Shown: piece by piece, positions 37,691 through 47,400 of the stretch
Numbering within the stretch: the stretch's first letter is position 1
How the letters are laid out: each line of letters starts with the position of its first letter
Source: an uncultured cyanobacterium
GTDB taxonomy: Bacteria > Cyanobacteriota > Cyanobacteriia > Cyanobacteriales > CAWUOF01
Direction: 5' to 3'
Assembly (NCBI GenBank): GCA_963744145.1
Contig: CAVUSO010000001.1
Span: 1,934,831 to 1,998,830, forward strand
Length of the DNA stretch: 64,000 bases
Position numbers and translations under genes: made by a program
The notes under the pieces: generated by a model
Databases searched by the model: none
The model's input: the letters and a program-made list of their open reading frames with translations, nothing else
What the model was told of the DNA's origin: nothing

Positions 37691-37843
37691 ATGACAAATA
37701 AATCAATCCCACGCATAGAATATCTCCAAGTGCAAAACTACCGTGCCTTAAAAAAGGTAGAGCTTAAAGATATTAAGCCAATTAGCGTTTTTTTAGGTCC
37801 TATACCAAAACTAATGAGCGGTCAACTCCGGGTTAAGGAATAA
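37691..37843 (+). pseudogene. N-terminal fragment of an ABC/AAA_15-AAA_21-type ATPase (defence-type, truncated at Walker A)
   Basis: MTNKSIPRIEYLQVQNYRALKKVELKDIKPISVFLGP then IPKLMSG instead of NGSGKS. ORF ends after 50 codons. Confidence 0.45.
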
Positions 37844-37846
37844 CCT

Positions 37847-38083
37847 ATGACTACAACAAAACCAGAATTATTTGACATCATAGAACTTCTTGTTAATTTA
37901 CCAGAAGATAATCAAGCAATCGGCGATAAAGGAACCATTGTTGAATGCTACGACAGCGATAATTTTGAGATTGAATTTATCAATAAAAACGGTAAAGCGA
38001 TCGCATTATGTACCCTATTTTCTCAACAATTTATAGTTGTCTGGAAAGCCAGCACCAAAACTCAATCTTGTCGCAGCTATTGA
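37847..38083 (+). CDS. DUF4926-like small protein
   Basis: Pattern LPE...GDKGTIVE......FEIEF....G..IAL.TL resembles the DUF4926 family. Confidence 0.4.
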   Translation: MTTTKPELFDIIELLVNLPEDNQAIGDKGTIVECYDSDNFEIEFINKNGKAIALCTLFSQQFIVVWKASTKTQSCRSY

Positions 38084-38165
38084 AAAACGCTTTACCCATC
38101 TAGGCGATTTTGAACTACCCGAAATCACTAGAAAATAATTGCATGAGTATCTAATAAAAACCTCA

Positions 38166-38381
38166 TTACTGTTTGCCATAGAACATAAAATTAATCTCCT
38201 CTGACTCATCGTCAAAATCATCAGCAATCCAAACGCGCCCTTCCCAAGCACCTGGAGTACGTGGCTCAAGTTTTCCCTGATCACTAAGCTCCAATGGTTG
38301 ATCAAAATCATCTGAACCACAATTTAAACCCATGATCGCCGCTTCCGAAAAAATTTCCCTTAAATCATACCAATTCACCAT
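38166..38381 (-). CDS. hypothetical small acidic protein
   Basis: ORF starting at the internal Met (MVNWYDLREIF...). The annotated longer N-terminus lies inside a repeat copy. Acidic C-terminal half. Confidence 0.3.
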   Translation of the reverse strand: MVNWYDLREIFSEAAIMGLNCGSDDFDQPLELSDQGKLEPRTPGAWEGRVWIADDFDDESEEINFMFYGKQ

Positions 38382-38557
38382 GAAGATACATTGATGTATA
38401 TTGATCTGTGGGTGAGGGTGGGTTTTGATGATTAGTAGGTAAATGTCAAACATCTCGGTGAACCCGGGCGGGTTTTTCTAATTAATTGGTAAATTTCAAA
38501 AATCTGGGCGAACCCGCCCCTACTACAGAAATCCGCAAATTGAGGATAAAATTGGTA
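38368..38557 (+). repeat. left half of a MITE-like element split by IS insertion
   Basis: Identical to 58765-58957 (...gaggataaaattggtag). Continues at 40288 after the IS. Confidence 0.75.
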
Positions 38558-40290
38558 GATACTGTCTTGATTTGTCAAGGGGTAGCGATCGCCAAATTGC
38601 CTAATTAGGGTCAAAGAGTTTAGCAGATTTGAAAATCGCCAAAATATGGTTAGGGATTTTACCATTAAAGCACTAATCTCCTGGATTTTTACCTGACCCA
38701 CGCAGCCATCATCTCTCACTCATTAATGGGAGTAATGAGTGGTGAAGCATCGTGACTGTGGGCAGAAAGGCGAGCATTTTTGGCACTGGAAACCCGACGG
38801 ATTGACCCTAACTATAGAGCCACCGTTTGTTCACCCATACTGGGAATAGAAGTCAACCAGTTCCGTAGTTGTTTAAGCGAGATCCTCTCGATGCACAGTC
38901 GTCAGTTTCGTCTGTTCATCTTGGTTGAGGGATGAACATGTTCTGGTGGCGAGATTTCGCCCGCCAGATCCCATCTAGACGGGTAAAGGGGTAGCGCTCG
39001 CATAATTGGGGTCAAAAGGTGTTTGGGATTTTAAAATCCCAAACGCCAAATGTAGGAGTTTTCGCATCAGGGCTCCAACCACCTGCATTTTCACCTTGCC
39101 ACGCTCCAATAATCGCTCACTCATTGCCTTGAGTAATGGGTTATGACTCATCGCTACTACGGCGGGCATATAAGCGCGCTTTTCGCAGTCGAGTATTGCC
39201 TATACAAGACAAGCGAGTTTTACCATGAACTGAAGTTCCTGAACTCCGCTCGCAGGGATTTAACCCAACATAAGCAACTAATTGGCGGGCATTTTTATAA
39301 TCGGTAATCCGACCAATTTCAGCTAACAATACAGCCGCAGTTTGTTCGCCAATTCCCGGAATTGAAGTCAACAGCTCACGTTGTTTTTTCAAATGGGGAT
39401 GTTGGTCAAAATGGTCGCGAATTAATTGTTTGATCTCAGCTTGTTGTTGGGCGAGATATTCTAGATGCTTTCTCGTTATCAGCGCGACAGATTCGCTCTC
39501 GGTTTCGAGCCGATTCTGCTCCTGTTGCGCGATTTCGATGAAGGATTCTAGTCGTCTGAGTAGGGCTTGTAATTCCTTAACTTCCGGTGCTGTTGGTTTC
39601 CAAAATGACGGCTTCATCGCCACACAAAAACGCGCAATTAAGCCTGCATCTACCGCGTCGGTTTTCGTTCGCAGGAGTTCACTTTTGGCAAATCCTTTGA
39701 TCCGCGCTGGATTAACGATACTTACCTGATAACCAGCCTGGTAGAGGAATTCAGCTAATGCTTCCCCATAAATACTGGTCGCTTCTAAGCAAGCATGAAG
39801 TTCTACCACACCTTGACATTTGAGCCATTGTGCTAAACTTTCAAACCCTTCTAGATCATTAGTAAACTTTTTTGGTTTTGGCTTTTTCCCACAGTCCAGT
39901 TTCAATAAAACGACATGAAAGTCTTTTTTACTGATGTCTATTCCTAAGACTGTAGATGTCATAAGTTTCTCCTGATGTCGAGTTGATGGGTGAGAACTTG
40001 ACAGACATTAAACTAACCTTGTTAATACAGGCTATCTCGTGACCACGAGTGCCTTAGATACTGTCGAGTTTTCTGTGCGTCTGTCATCAGCGACTGGGAG
40101 CTTATCTACAAAACAGACTTATGAGGTCTGAGGGGCGGGCCAACTTCACCACTTGCTGATGTTCTTCAGCACACTTTCTCATCTCTACTGAGCTGAGGTC
40201 GAAAACTTTTCTAGTTTCTTTAGATTTCTCACTAATCCTTGATGTACCTGCATCTTGGTAGTCCAATTATCTGTATCCTTTAAAGATACA
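38558..40290 (-). mobile_element. IS110-family insertion sequence (about 1.7 kb) inserted into a MITE-like repeat copy; carries a partially duplicated 3' segment
   Basis: Transposase gene on the minus strand. Insertion point defined by comparison with the uninterrupted repeat at 58765-59070 (ggtag|gggcagg). 38560-38960 resembles the transposase 3' end (GQVKIQEISALMVKSL... versus GKVKMQVVGALMRKLL...). Confidence 0.7.
38975..39962 (-). pseudogene. IS110-family transposase, frameshifted (273 aa N-terminal ORF plus 64 aa C-terminal ORF)
   Basis: N-terminal DEDD_Tnp_IS110 (LGIDISKKDFHVVLL). Transposase_20 (IPGIGEQTAAVLLAEIG). C-terminal LLERGKVKMQVVGALMRKLLHLAFGILK in a different frame. Frameshift in the gcgcgc run near 39150. 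Confidence 0.75.
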
Positions 40291-40410
40291 AGGGGCAGGT
40301 TCACCAGTCAATTTTGCTACCAACAGATCACCATTATAAACCTGCCCTGACTTAACAGATCAACCTCAGATTAAGTGCAATTTCATAGTTAATTGGTATC
40401 AGCACCACCA
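40288..40410 (+). repeat. right half of the MITE-like element split by the IS
   Basis: gggcaggttcaccagtcaatttt...caacagatcaccattataaacctgccctg...tcaacctcagattaagtgcaatttcatagttaattggtatca matches 58958-59066. Confidence 0.75.
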
Positions 40411-40419
40411 AAGTTCAGA

Positions 40420-41214
40420 TTATAAATTTTTATCCCATTCTAACTGATGACTTAAACCATATTTAATAAATTCTTCTGGGGTCACTCGATCATTTTTACC
40501 AAACACCCCTAAACTATAAGGATTTTCTTGCATTCTTTCTCTGACTAATTCCTGTTCAAATTGTTTCACTTCGGCTCTAGGTTGATCAGGTTTAAAGAAA
40601 TCTACAACTAAAACAGTTCTGTCATAGTTGGTGTAATTATGAGGACAATGGGGGTAGCTATGATCTAAAACTAAAAATTCGCCTTCATGCCAATAAAATT
40701 TGTCATGGCATATTTTCATTGCCACATCTCCAACCGGAACAATCAATCCTAAATAACCGCGATTCATGTGGGGATTATAGTTAACATGAAGTTTAACATC
40801 TAATCCGGGATGAAATGTGCCAAAATAGACATTTCTGAGAATATGATCATTGATAGAGTTGGTTTGAGCGATCGCCTGACTTAACTGAGGAAAGTATCTT
40901 TCTCGTAATTCCAGTGCTGTTTGCTGGACATCCTGCGACTCATATTGCGGATATTGAATTTGATGGACTTGAATATATTCTTCAATAAATATTCCTTGAA
41001 ATAATACCCCAAAAGCGCTATATTTAGCGTTACCTTTAGTTTTAATCGTTTTATTTTTCGGTCCCATGACATCAATACTAAACTGTAACTCTTCCTGAGA
41101 AGCTTGATTTTTAAAGTGAGTAAATTCATCTCTAATCGCTTCCCAGTTTTCTTGGAGATTGTTTAGAAAAGTAAATTGTTTGGGGTCTAAATTGTACTCG
41201 GTAAAATTTGCCAT
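40420..41214 (-). CDS. aspartyl/asparaginyl beta-hydroxylase-family (AspH/LpxO-like) 2OG-Fe(II) oxygenase domain protein
   Basis: Conserved His-rich core (HPGLDVKLHVNYNPHMNRGYLGLIVPVGD...WHEGEFLVLDHSYPHCPHN) resembles the Asp_Arg_Hydrox domain. Confidence 0.45.
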   Translation of the reverse strand: MANFTEYNLDPKQFTFLNNLQENWEAIRDEFTHFKNQASQEELQFSIDVMGPKNKTIKTKGNAKYSAFGVLFQGIFIEEYIQVHQIQYPQYESQDVQQTALELRERYFPQLSQAIAQTNSINDHILRNVYFGTFHPGLDVKLHVNYNPHMNRGYLGLIVPVGDVAMKICHDKFYWHEGEFLVLDHSYPHCPHNYTNYDRTVLVVDFFKPDQPRAEVKQFEQELVRERMQENPYSLGVFGKNDRVTPEEFIKYGLSHQLEWDKNL

Positions 41215-41296
41215 GGTCTTTTCTCTTGAATCTGATTGAATCGCAGGTGCTATAATTTGATTTTAGAAGTTTTATTTTAATTGATCAAGAGGTGCT

Positions 41297-42790
41297 GTGT
41301 CAGAAATTACATTTTTGGATCTAATTATTAAGAACGTCCGCGTAGTTCGTCCCAATCAATCATCCATAGAATGCTGGGATCTGGGAATTAAGGATGGTAA
41401 ATTTAGCCAAATTTCGCCGCAAATCAGTCCAGATCAGGGTAAAGAAGTGTTTGATGCACAAAATCTGCTCGGTTTTCCCGGAGTCGTTGATGCTCATACA
41501 CATATTGGAATTTATCAACCTCTGGAACAAGACGCGATTACCGAAAGCAAAGCAGCAGCAATGGGAGGAGTAACTACTACTCTAACCTATATTCGCACGG
41601 GTCAGTATTATCTGAATAAAGGTGGTTCTTACCGGGATTTTTTCCCAGAAGTATTAGCTTTGTCATCGGGCAATTTTTTTGTTGATTATGGTTATCACAT
41701 CGCTCCAATTAGTTCTCAGCATATTGAAGAAATGCAGTGGTTATTTGATGAATATGGAGTTGCTTCATTCAAAATTTTTATGTTTTATGGGGGATATGGT
41801 CTCCATGGACTTTCCGATCAACAAAATCTATTTTTAATGATTAATAAAGACGATCGCTATGATTTAGCCCATTTTGAATTTATTATGAGGGGACTGTCGC
41901 AACTCCGAGAACGCTACCCCAGTCAGAAAGATATCATCAGTCTCAGTTTGCATTGTGAAACCGCTGATATTCTTAATGCTTACACTAAAATTGTGCAGCA
42001 AGACCCTAATCTCACCGGACTTAATGCTTATAGTGCAGCACGTCCTCCCCACTCAGAAGGGTTAGCAATTTGCATTGCATCTTATCTGGCTCACGAAACG
42101 AATTGTGTTAACATTAATTTGCTACATCTCAGTTCTCGTAAAGCTGTGGAAGCAGCGTTGATGATGCAAAAAACTTTTCCCCACATCAATTTTAAGCGAG
42201 AAGTTACAGTCGGTCATTTGTTGTTAGATGTAGATGTATCTACGGGTAAATGGGCAAAAGTTAATCCTCCTATTCGTCCCCGTGCTGATGTGGAATTTTT
42301 ATGGAATGCAATATTAGAAAATCAGATCGATTGGATTGTGAGCGATCATGCTTGTTGTGCTACGGAGCAAAAAGCTAGTTTAAGAGATCCGAATAATATT
42401 TGGCTGGCTAAATCTGGTTTTGGTGGTACTGAATATCTCCTTTCTGGTATGATTAGTGAAGGCAGCAAACGGGGAATGTCTTATAATCAAATAGCAAAGC
42501 TACTTGCTTGGAATCCTGCACAAAGATTTGGCTTATTCCAAAAAGGTGACATCGCGATCGGCTATGATGCTGATTTGGTGCTAGTAGATCCTGATGAAAC
42601 TTTTGTTGTTCGTGCTGCGGAATCATTTTCTCAACAGGGTTATACTCCCTTTGAGGGAATGGAGTTAACGGGACGAGTTAAAAATACGTTTTTGCGAGGG
42701 AATTTGATTTACGATCGCACCCAAGTAATAGGTTTACCTCAAGGGCGTTATTTAAAGCGATTGCTTGTAGGCGATCGCCGATTTTCATAA
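41297..42790 (+). CDS. cyclic amidohydrolase (dihydropyrimidinase/hydantoinase/allantoinase family)
   Basis: Metal-binding GFPGVVDAHTHIG. About 497 aa. C-terminal YDADLVLVDP...GRV typical of D-hydantoinase-like enzymes. Confidence 0.7.
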   Translation: MSEITFLDLIIKNVRVVRPNQSSIECWDLGIKDGKFSQISPQISPDQGKEVFDAQNLLGFPGVVDAHTHIGIYQPLEQDAITESKAAAMGGVTTTLTYIRTGQYYLNKGGSYRDFFPEVLALSSGNFFVDYGYHIAPISSQHIEEMQWLFDEYGVASFKIFMFYGGYGLHGLSDQQNLFLMINKDDRYDLAHFEFIMRGLSQLRERYPSQKDIISLSLHCETADILNAYTKIVQQDPNLTGLNAYSAARPPHSEGLAICIASYLAHETNCVNINLLHLSSRKAVEAALMMQKTFPHINFKREVTVGHLLLDVDVSTGKWAKVNPPIRPRADVEFLWNAILENQIDWIVSDHACCATEQKASLRDPNNIWLAKSGFGGTEYLLSGMISEGSKRGMSYNQIAKLLAWNPAQRFGLFQKGDIAIGYDADLVLVDPDETFVVRAAESFSQQGYTPFEGMELTGRVKNTFLRGNLIYDRTQVIGLPQGRYLKRLLVGDRRFS

Positions 42791-42912
42791 AGACGGACGA
42801 TCAATCTCTTGACCAAGATTAAAGGGGCGCGATCGCCGAGTTTCATGCTGCACACAGATCTCAGATCACCGCACCCCTAATTTGTTAAATTTTTTGTTAG
42901 TTTAACAACAAC

Positions 42913-43116
42913 TTACAGCAGTCCAGTATTAGTTCCTTGCTTACCTGTGGCAAGTTCAACCTTCACAATTTTGCCACCCATTTTCATAATCCGTTGTTGT
43001 TCACTAAACCAGTTTTCGTAAGGAACTAGCTTGGTAAAGAAAGTATTTTGTAATTCTCTTTGAGTGCGAATGCGTGTCTGACTAGGGACACAAGCGGTGA
43101 TTTTAAATGTCCGCAT
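42913..43116 (-). CDS. apcC: phycobilisome core linker protein Lc (7.8 kDa), ApcC
   Basis: MRTFKITACVPSQTRIRTQRELQNTFFTKLVPYENWFSEQQRIMKMGGKIVKVELATGK matches the CpcD-like ApcC family. Downstream of apcA-apcB on the same strand. Confidence 0.85.
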   Translation of the reverse strand: MRTFKITACVPSQTRIRTQRELQNTFFTKLVPYENWFSEQQRIMKMGGKIVKVELATGKQGTNTGLL

Positions 43117-43415
43117 GAGTTAACTTCTCCTAATTGGGTTCACAAAATTCTGAATCTGAATTGAGGTTTAGCGGATAGAAACCAAAACTATTCTGCAATT
43201 TTGCCAATAGTCGGGAGAGATCTAGAATAGAGCCACAGCCAGCACATCAATTATGCTTTCACCACTGTGCTACATCACCTGATCTGTCTTAACTATCAGC
43301 CTAAAACTTATAAAACTGAAGGCAGGGAGTCCAGAGTAAATACTAGATCGCCTAGACTCATTATTTTTGGTTAACGAGCCTTTGATGAGCTAGCACTCAC
43401 TCTTGACATCCCTAC

Positions 43416-43464
43416 CCTTCGGCTTCGCTCAAAACAAGCCCTTCGGCTTCGCTCAAGACAAGCC
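43416..43464. repeat. 2 x 24 bp tandem direct repeat in the apcB-apcC spacer
   Basis: cccttcggcttcgctcaaaacaagc / ccttcggcttcgctcaagacaagcc. Confidence 0.5.
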
Positions 43465-43505
43465 TTACCAGTTGGAAGTGAAGCAACCTGCTTCGTCGGA
43501 ATTGT

Positions 43506-43991
43506 CTAGCTCAAACCAGAGCTAATATAGTCGAGGTAGACGCCCATTTCTTTGCCAGCGTCAGCACCAACCAAACTAGCAGTGACTTCTTTGATCGCTT
43601 GAATTGTTTGAACGGTAGATCCAATGGGTACACCTAAAGAGTTATAGGTTTCTTTAAGACCATTGAGTACGCGCTCATCCAAAATGGAAGGATCGCCAGC
43701 TAACATGGCATAGGTAGCATAGCGGAGGTAGTAGTCTAAGTCGCGGATGCAAGCAGCATAGCGACGGGTGGTGTACATGTTGCCACCGGGACGGGTGACA
43801 TCAGTATAAAGCAGGGATTTGGCAACTGCTTCTTTGACGATCGTGGCAGCATTAGCACTGATAGTGTTAGCAGCACGAACACGGAGTTCCCCGGTCTTGA
43901 AATAGTTCTTCAGTTTTTCCAGAGCGTTGGCGTCGAGGTATTTACCTTGAACGTCTGAAGAATTAATTACAGCGGTAATTGCGTCTTGCAT
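43506..43991 (-). CDS. apcB: allophycocyanin beta subunit
   Basis: 161 aa. [20 protein letters not shown]...[49 protein letters not shown] is canonical ApcB. Confidence 0.95.
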   Translation of the reverse strand: MQDAITAVINSSDVQGKYLDANALEKLKNYFKTGELRVRAANTISANAATIVKEAVAKSLLYTDVTRPGGNMYTTRRYAACIRDLDYYLRYATYAMLAGDPSILDERVLNGLKETYNSLGVPIGSTVQTIQAIKEVTASLVGADAGKEMGVYLDYISSGLS

Positions 43992-44058
43992 TCTTGTGGT
44001 TCCTTACGGTCTTTTAGGTTTACGTTAGTTGGCTATCATCAGGAGGCAGAAAACTACC

Positions 44059-44544
44059 CTACTGGATGGCACCGATAACATAGTCGAAGTAAGAACCGGC
44101 TTCAGCAGCGTCATCTCCAGAAAGTAAGGAGGTAGCAGCGCTCTTAGCCGCACGGATTCCTTCAGCTACTGCTTCGATGGGAGTACCCAAGGATTTGTAC
44201 ATTTCCCGGACACCGACAACCCCAATCTCTTCGATCGGAGTAACATCGCCAGCTACGACACCGTAGGTGATCAAGCGGAGGTAATAGTCTATATCGCGCA
44301 GGCAGGTGGCGGTCATTTCTTGACCGTAGGCATTGCCACCGGGAGAAACGATGTCAGGACGTTTTTGGAATAGTTGGTCGCCAGCTTGCTTGACAATGCG
44401 TTCACGAGATTCTGTCAGCACTTGAGCGATGCGGATGCGACGTTCGCCAGAGGTGACGAAGCTTTTAATCCGATCTAATTCGCCAGGGCTGAGATAACGA
44501 GCCTCAGCATCAGCATTCACGATCGATTTCGTGACGATACTCAT
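44059..44544 (-). CDS. apcA: allophycocyanin alpha subunit
   Basis: Start at the internal Met ([26 protein letters not shown]...), canonical ApcA 161 aa. The 10-codon upstream extension in the ORF track is rejected. Confidence 0.95.
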   Translation of the reverse strand: MSIVTKSIVNADAEARYLSPGELDRIKSFVTSGERRIRIAQVLTESRERIVKQAGDQLFQKRPDIVSPGGNAYGQEMTATCLRDIDYYLRLITYGVVAGDVTPIEEIGVVGVREMYKSLGTPIEAVAEGIRAAKSAATSLLSGDDAAEAGSYFDYVIGAIQ

Positions 44545-44887
44545 TAATAGTTTCCTCCAAAGAGAGAATGTCAACCAGATGTGTGAGTTTTTGGGCTTTC
44601 TAAAATTAGCTTCACAACTTAAGTTTAAGTTTTGAAGCCATTCAGAACCCCCTAAAGCATTTTAGGGGAAGTTGCAACCCACCCGACTGCACATGGTGGT
44701 TTTCGCAAATACGGATATTTTGCAGCATGAGGTTTACACTTTGATTGTCAAGTTCACATTTTGTAACAAAAAGCCTCATTTTTCCCTTTTTTCCCGAAAA
44801 TATGTCCCACGATCGGCAAATCTAGACGCAGATCAGGGTGGAGTTGATAAGTAAATATGCTCATTCAGCCAAATTTAAAATAATTAG

Positions 44888-46519
44888 GTGTTCCAGACGC
44901 GAACTTTTTTTCGCGTTAAACTTTCAATATTAAATAAATCGGGATTACTTAAATTTTTATTAAATCCTCTTTTAACTATTGGGAGTGATAGTACAATGAT
45001 AGAGAGACTCTTGCTGCCTTTAGATCGGCACAATTTAATTAACCGCAGCAATATTCCCCAATGGCAGATGACTTTTGATCTGATCCAGGAAGCGGTTTGT
45101 TGGCTAGATGGGGAAGGGCAGATGATCCACAGCAATCGTGCCCTGTGTAGGTTATGCCATCAGCTCGAACCAGAAAATCGCGATCGCCTCGCTCATGAAC
45201 TACATCAAGCTGTTAAAAATCAACTCTTAGGTCAGGAAGATGAGCCAGAGTTAAGCTATGAGTTACCTTTGGGCGATCGCTGGTTGCAAATTACCACCAC
45301 TCAAATCAACGATGAAGCCAGTGAACAAATCATCACAGTTTGTCTGATCGTGGATCTTACCATGCCTAAACTCAGCCAATTAGCGACTGAGAAACTAGCA
45401 GCTACCAATCAAGAACTGCTCCAGCAAATAGTCCAGGGTAAACAAGCTCAAGCTGAATTACAACGTCAACAACAGGTTATGCAAGCTTTAGTCGAAAATT
45501 CTTCTGAATTCAAGCGGATTGAATTAGCTTTACGACAAAGTGAAGCCCGGTTTCGACGTTTACTTGAATCTAACATGATTGGGATGGGCTTTTGGAATAT
45601 TCAAGGTCAAATCACCGCAGCTAACGATGCTTTCTTAAAAATTATCGGCTATGCTCAAGCTGATCTGCTGGGTGGAAAATTAAATTCACGACTCATTACA
45701 CCCCCAGAATATGCTCATTTAGATCGACGCTATTATAAGCAAATTTTAAAATCCGGCTATTGCTCTCCTTATGAAAAAGAATTTATCCGCTCAGATGGTA
45801 ACCGTATTTCTGTTTTAGTTGGGGGTGCATTATTCGAGGAAACTACTGATAGCGGTGTATTTTTTGTCCTGGATTTAACCGAACGTAAACAGCTAGAATT
45901 GATGCTCAAACAAGTTAATCTAGAATTAGAAACCCGGGTGCAAGAACGGACAGTCGCACTCCAACAGGCAATTAAACAATTAGAACAGGAAATCACCGAA
46001 CGTTTATTAGTTGAAGAAGCACTTCAAGCCTCAAATGAGGAATTGGGTAGTATTAATATGGAGGTGATCGCTTCTAATCGAGAACTCCAGCATTTGAATG
46101 CTCAATTAGCAGCTAGCTATCGTGATTCTAAGGCCGAAAGTTTACATTATTGGGAGTTGTGTAACTTTATTCCCGATGCTTATTTACTTACTGGTCTAGA
46201 TGGAATAATCTTAGAAGCTAATCAGGCTGCGGGAGTTTTATTTGGCAGTCAGCCAATCACTTTAGTTGGCCAAAATATCGCTAGTTTAGTGGTGGAAAAC
46301 GATCGGGAAAAATTACAACTTTATCTGGAACAGTTTCGCCAACCTCGATGCGACTCAGGTCAGATTAATCCATCATTAAAAGAACAGCGTTCATCATTTC
46401 AACTTCAATTAGCGACAAAATCATTTCAGATTGGTAATTTTACTATTGCTTACCGGTTCAATATTTATGGAGAGATTATTGGGTGGCGCTGGTTGTTACA
46501 AACGGTGATAAAAGATTAA
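44888..46519 (+). CDS. PAS-domain / coiled-coil signalling protein without recognisable output domain
   Basis: PAS/PAC-like segments (FDLIQEAVCWLDGEGQMIHSNRA, GMGFWNIQGQITAANDAF, YLLTGLDGIILEANQAAGVLFG) and a long coiled coil. The true start may be Met at about 44996. Confidence 0.55.
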   Translation: MFQTRTFFRVKLSILNKSGLLKFLLNPLLTIGSDSTMIERLLLPLDRHNLINRSNIPQWQMTFDLIQEAVCWLDGEGQMIHSNRALCRLCHQLEPENRDRLAHELHQAVKNQLLGQEDEPELSYELPLGDRWLQITTTQINDEASEQIITVCLIVDLTMPKLSQLATEKLAATNQELLQQIVQGKQAQAELQRQQQVMQALVENSSEFKRIELALRQSEARFRRLLESNMIGMGFWNIQGQITAANDAFLKIIGYAQADLLGGKLNSRLITPPEYAHLDRRYYKQILKSGYCSPYEKEFIRSDGNRISVLVGGALFEETTDSGVFFVLDLTERKQLELMLKQVNLELETRVQERTVALQQAIKQLEQEITERLLVEEALQASNEELGSINMEVIASNRELQHLNAQLAASYRDSKAESLHYWELCNFIPDAYLLTGLDGIILEANQAAGVLFGSQPITLVGQNIASLVVENDREKLQLYLEQFRQPRCDSGQINPSLKEQRSSFQLQLATKSFQIGNFTIAYRFNIYGEIIGWRWLLQTVIKD

Positions 46520-46717
46520 CATTTATCCTACTTATCTTTGATTTTCCTGCTCATTTATTCTCCGGTCTATTTCCATCAAAACTTGGCTCGAATTAATCTC
46601 TAAAGTTTCTACTTGCTCAAAATGCTAAGTTTTATTAAGGTTGCTAAACCAGCAATTAATTGTGATAATTAAGGGATCAGAAAAGCCGGGAAATTGTAAA
46701 TGTGTAAAAATAAGAGC

Positions 46718-47381
46718 ATGGACAAAATATTAGTTGTTGATGATGAACCAGGTTTTGTGATCGTTTTGGTCCAGATATCTAGAAACCCAAGGATACCAGG
46801 TAAAATGTGCAAAATCTGGGGTGGAGGCTCTGCAAATTTTTGGACAAGAAGCACCAAGTTTAGTAATTTCCGATGTCCTGATGCCCGAAATGGACGGATT
46901 TGAGTTTTGTCGTCGTTTACGAGCCATGCGGGAAGGTCAGCTAGTCCCTTTCATATTTTTATCTGGTCAAAATGAAATAGATGCTAAAGTTGAAGGTCAT
47001 TCCATCGGAGCAGATGATTATCTAGTGAAACCTTTTCAACCCCAGGAAATCTTGGCCAAAATCAAGGCCCAATTAGAGCGATCGCACCGAATTCACGCAG
47101 AAATAGTCCGTCTGCTCCAAACCAGTAACTCACCAACTACTACACCGAGCAGTCCAACCTTAGATCCCTTACCCTTAACTCCTGCCGAAGAAAGAGTTTT
47201 TTGGGAAGTGATTGAAGGCTATACTAATAAACAAATCAGCGATCTGTTATTTATTAGTCCCCGCACAGTCCAAGCTCATCTGAGTAGTATTTTTAGTAAA
47301 CTAAATTTAACTAATCGTTCTCAATTAGTTCGTTTTGCTATGGAAAGAGGCTACAAACCAGTTTCAGGCAAACAAATATAA
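46718..47381 (+). pseudogene. NarL/FixJ-family response regulator (receiver plus LuxR HTH) with a frameshift in the receiver N-terminus
   Basis: MDKILVVDDEPGF in one frame (ORF 46700-46903), then GYQVKCAKSGVEALQIFGQEAPSLVISDVLMPEMDG...YLVKPF and LuxR HTH (ISPRTVQAHLSSIFSKL) in another frame. Shift near the tttt run at about 46770. Confidence 0.65.
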
Positions 47382-47400
47382 CGGGGGCTACAATAAAATT

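Noticed and set aside
38015-38320. 101 aa minus-strand ORF overlapping the DUF4926-like gene
   Set aside because: It is antisense to a better-supported ORF and has no motifs.
38432-38719. 95 aa minus-strand ORF
   Set aside because: It is the translation of a diverged duplicate of the IS110 transposase 3' end combined with MITE sequence, part of the mobile-element scar rather than a gene.
43416-43464. apcB-apcC spacer tandem repeat as a terminator or attenuator hairpin
   Set aside because: The two 24 bp units are direct, not inverted, so they cannot form a stem on their own. It is kept only as a repeat feature.
44545-44574. 10-codon N-terminal extension of apcA ([10 protein letters not shown]) in the ORF track
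   Set aside because: Canonical ApcA starts [18 protein letters not shown] and is 161 aa, so the internal Met is the true start.
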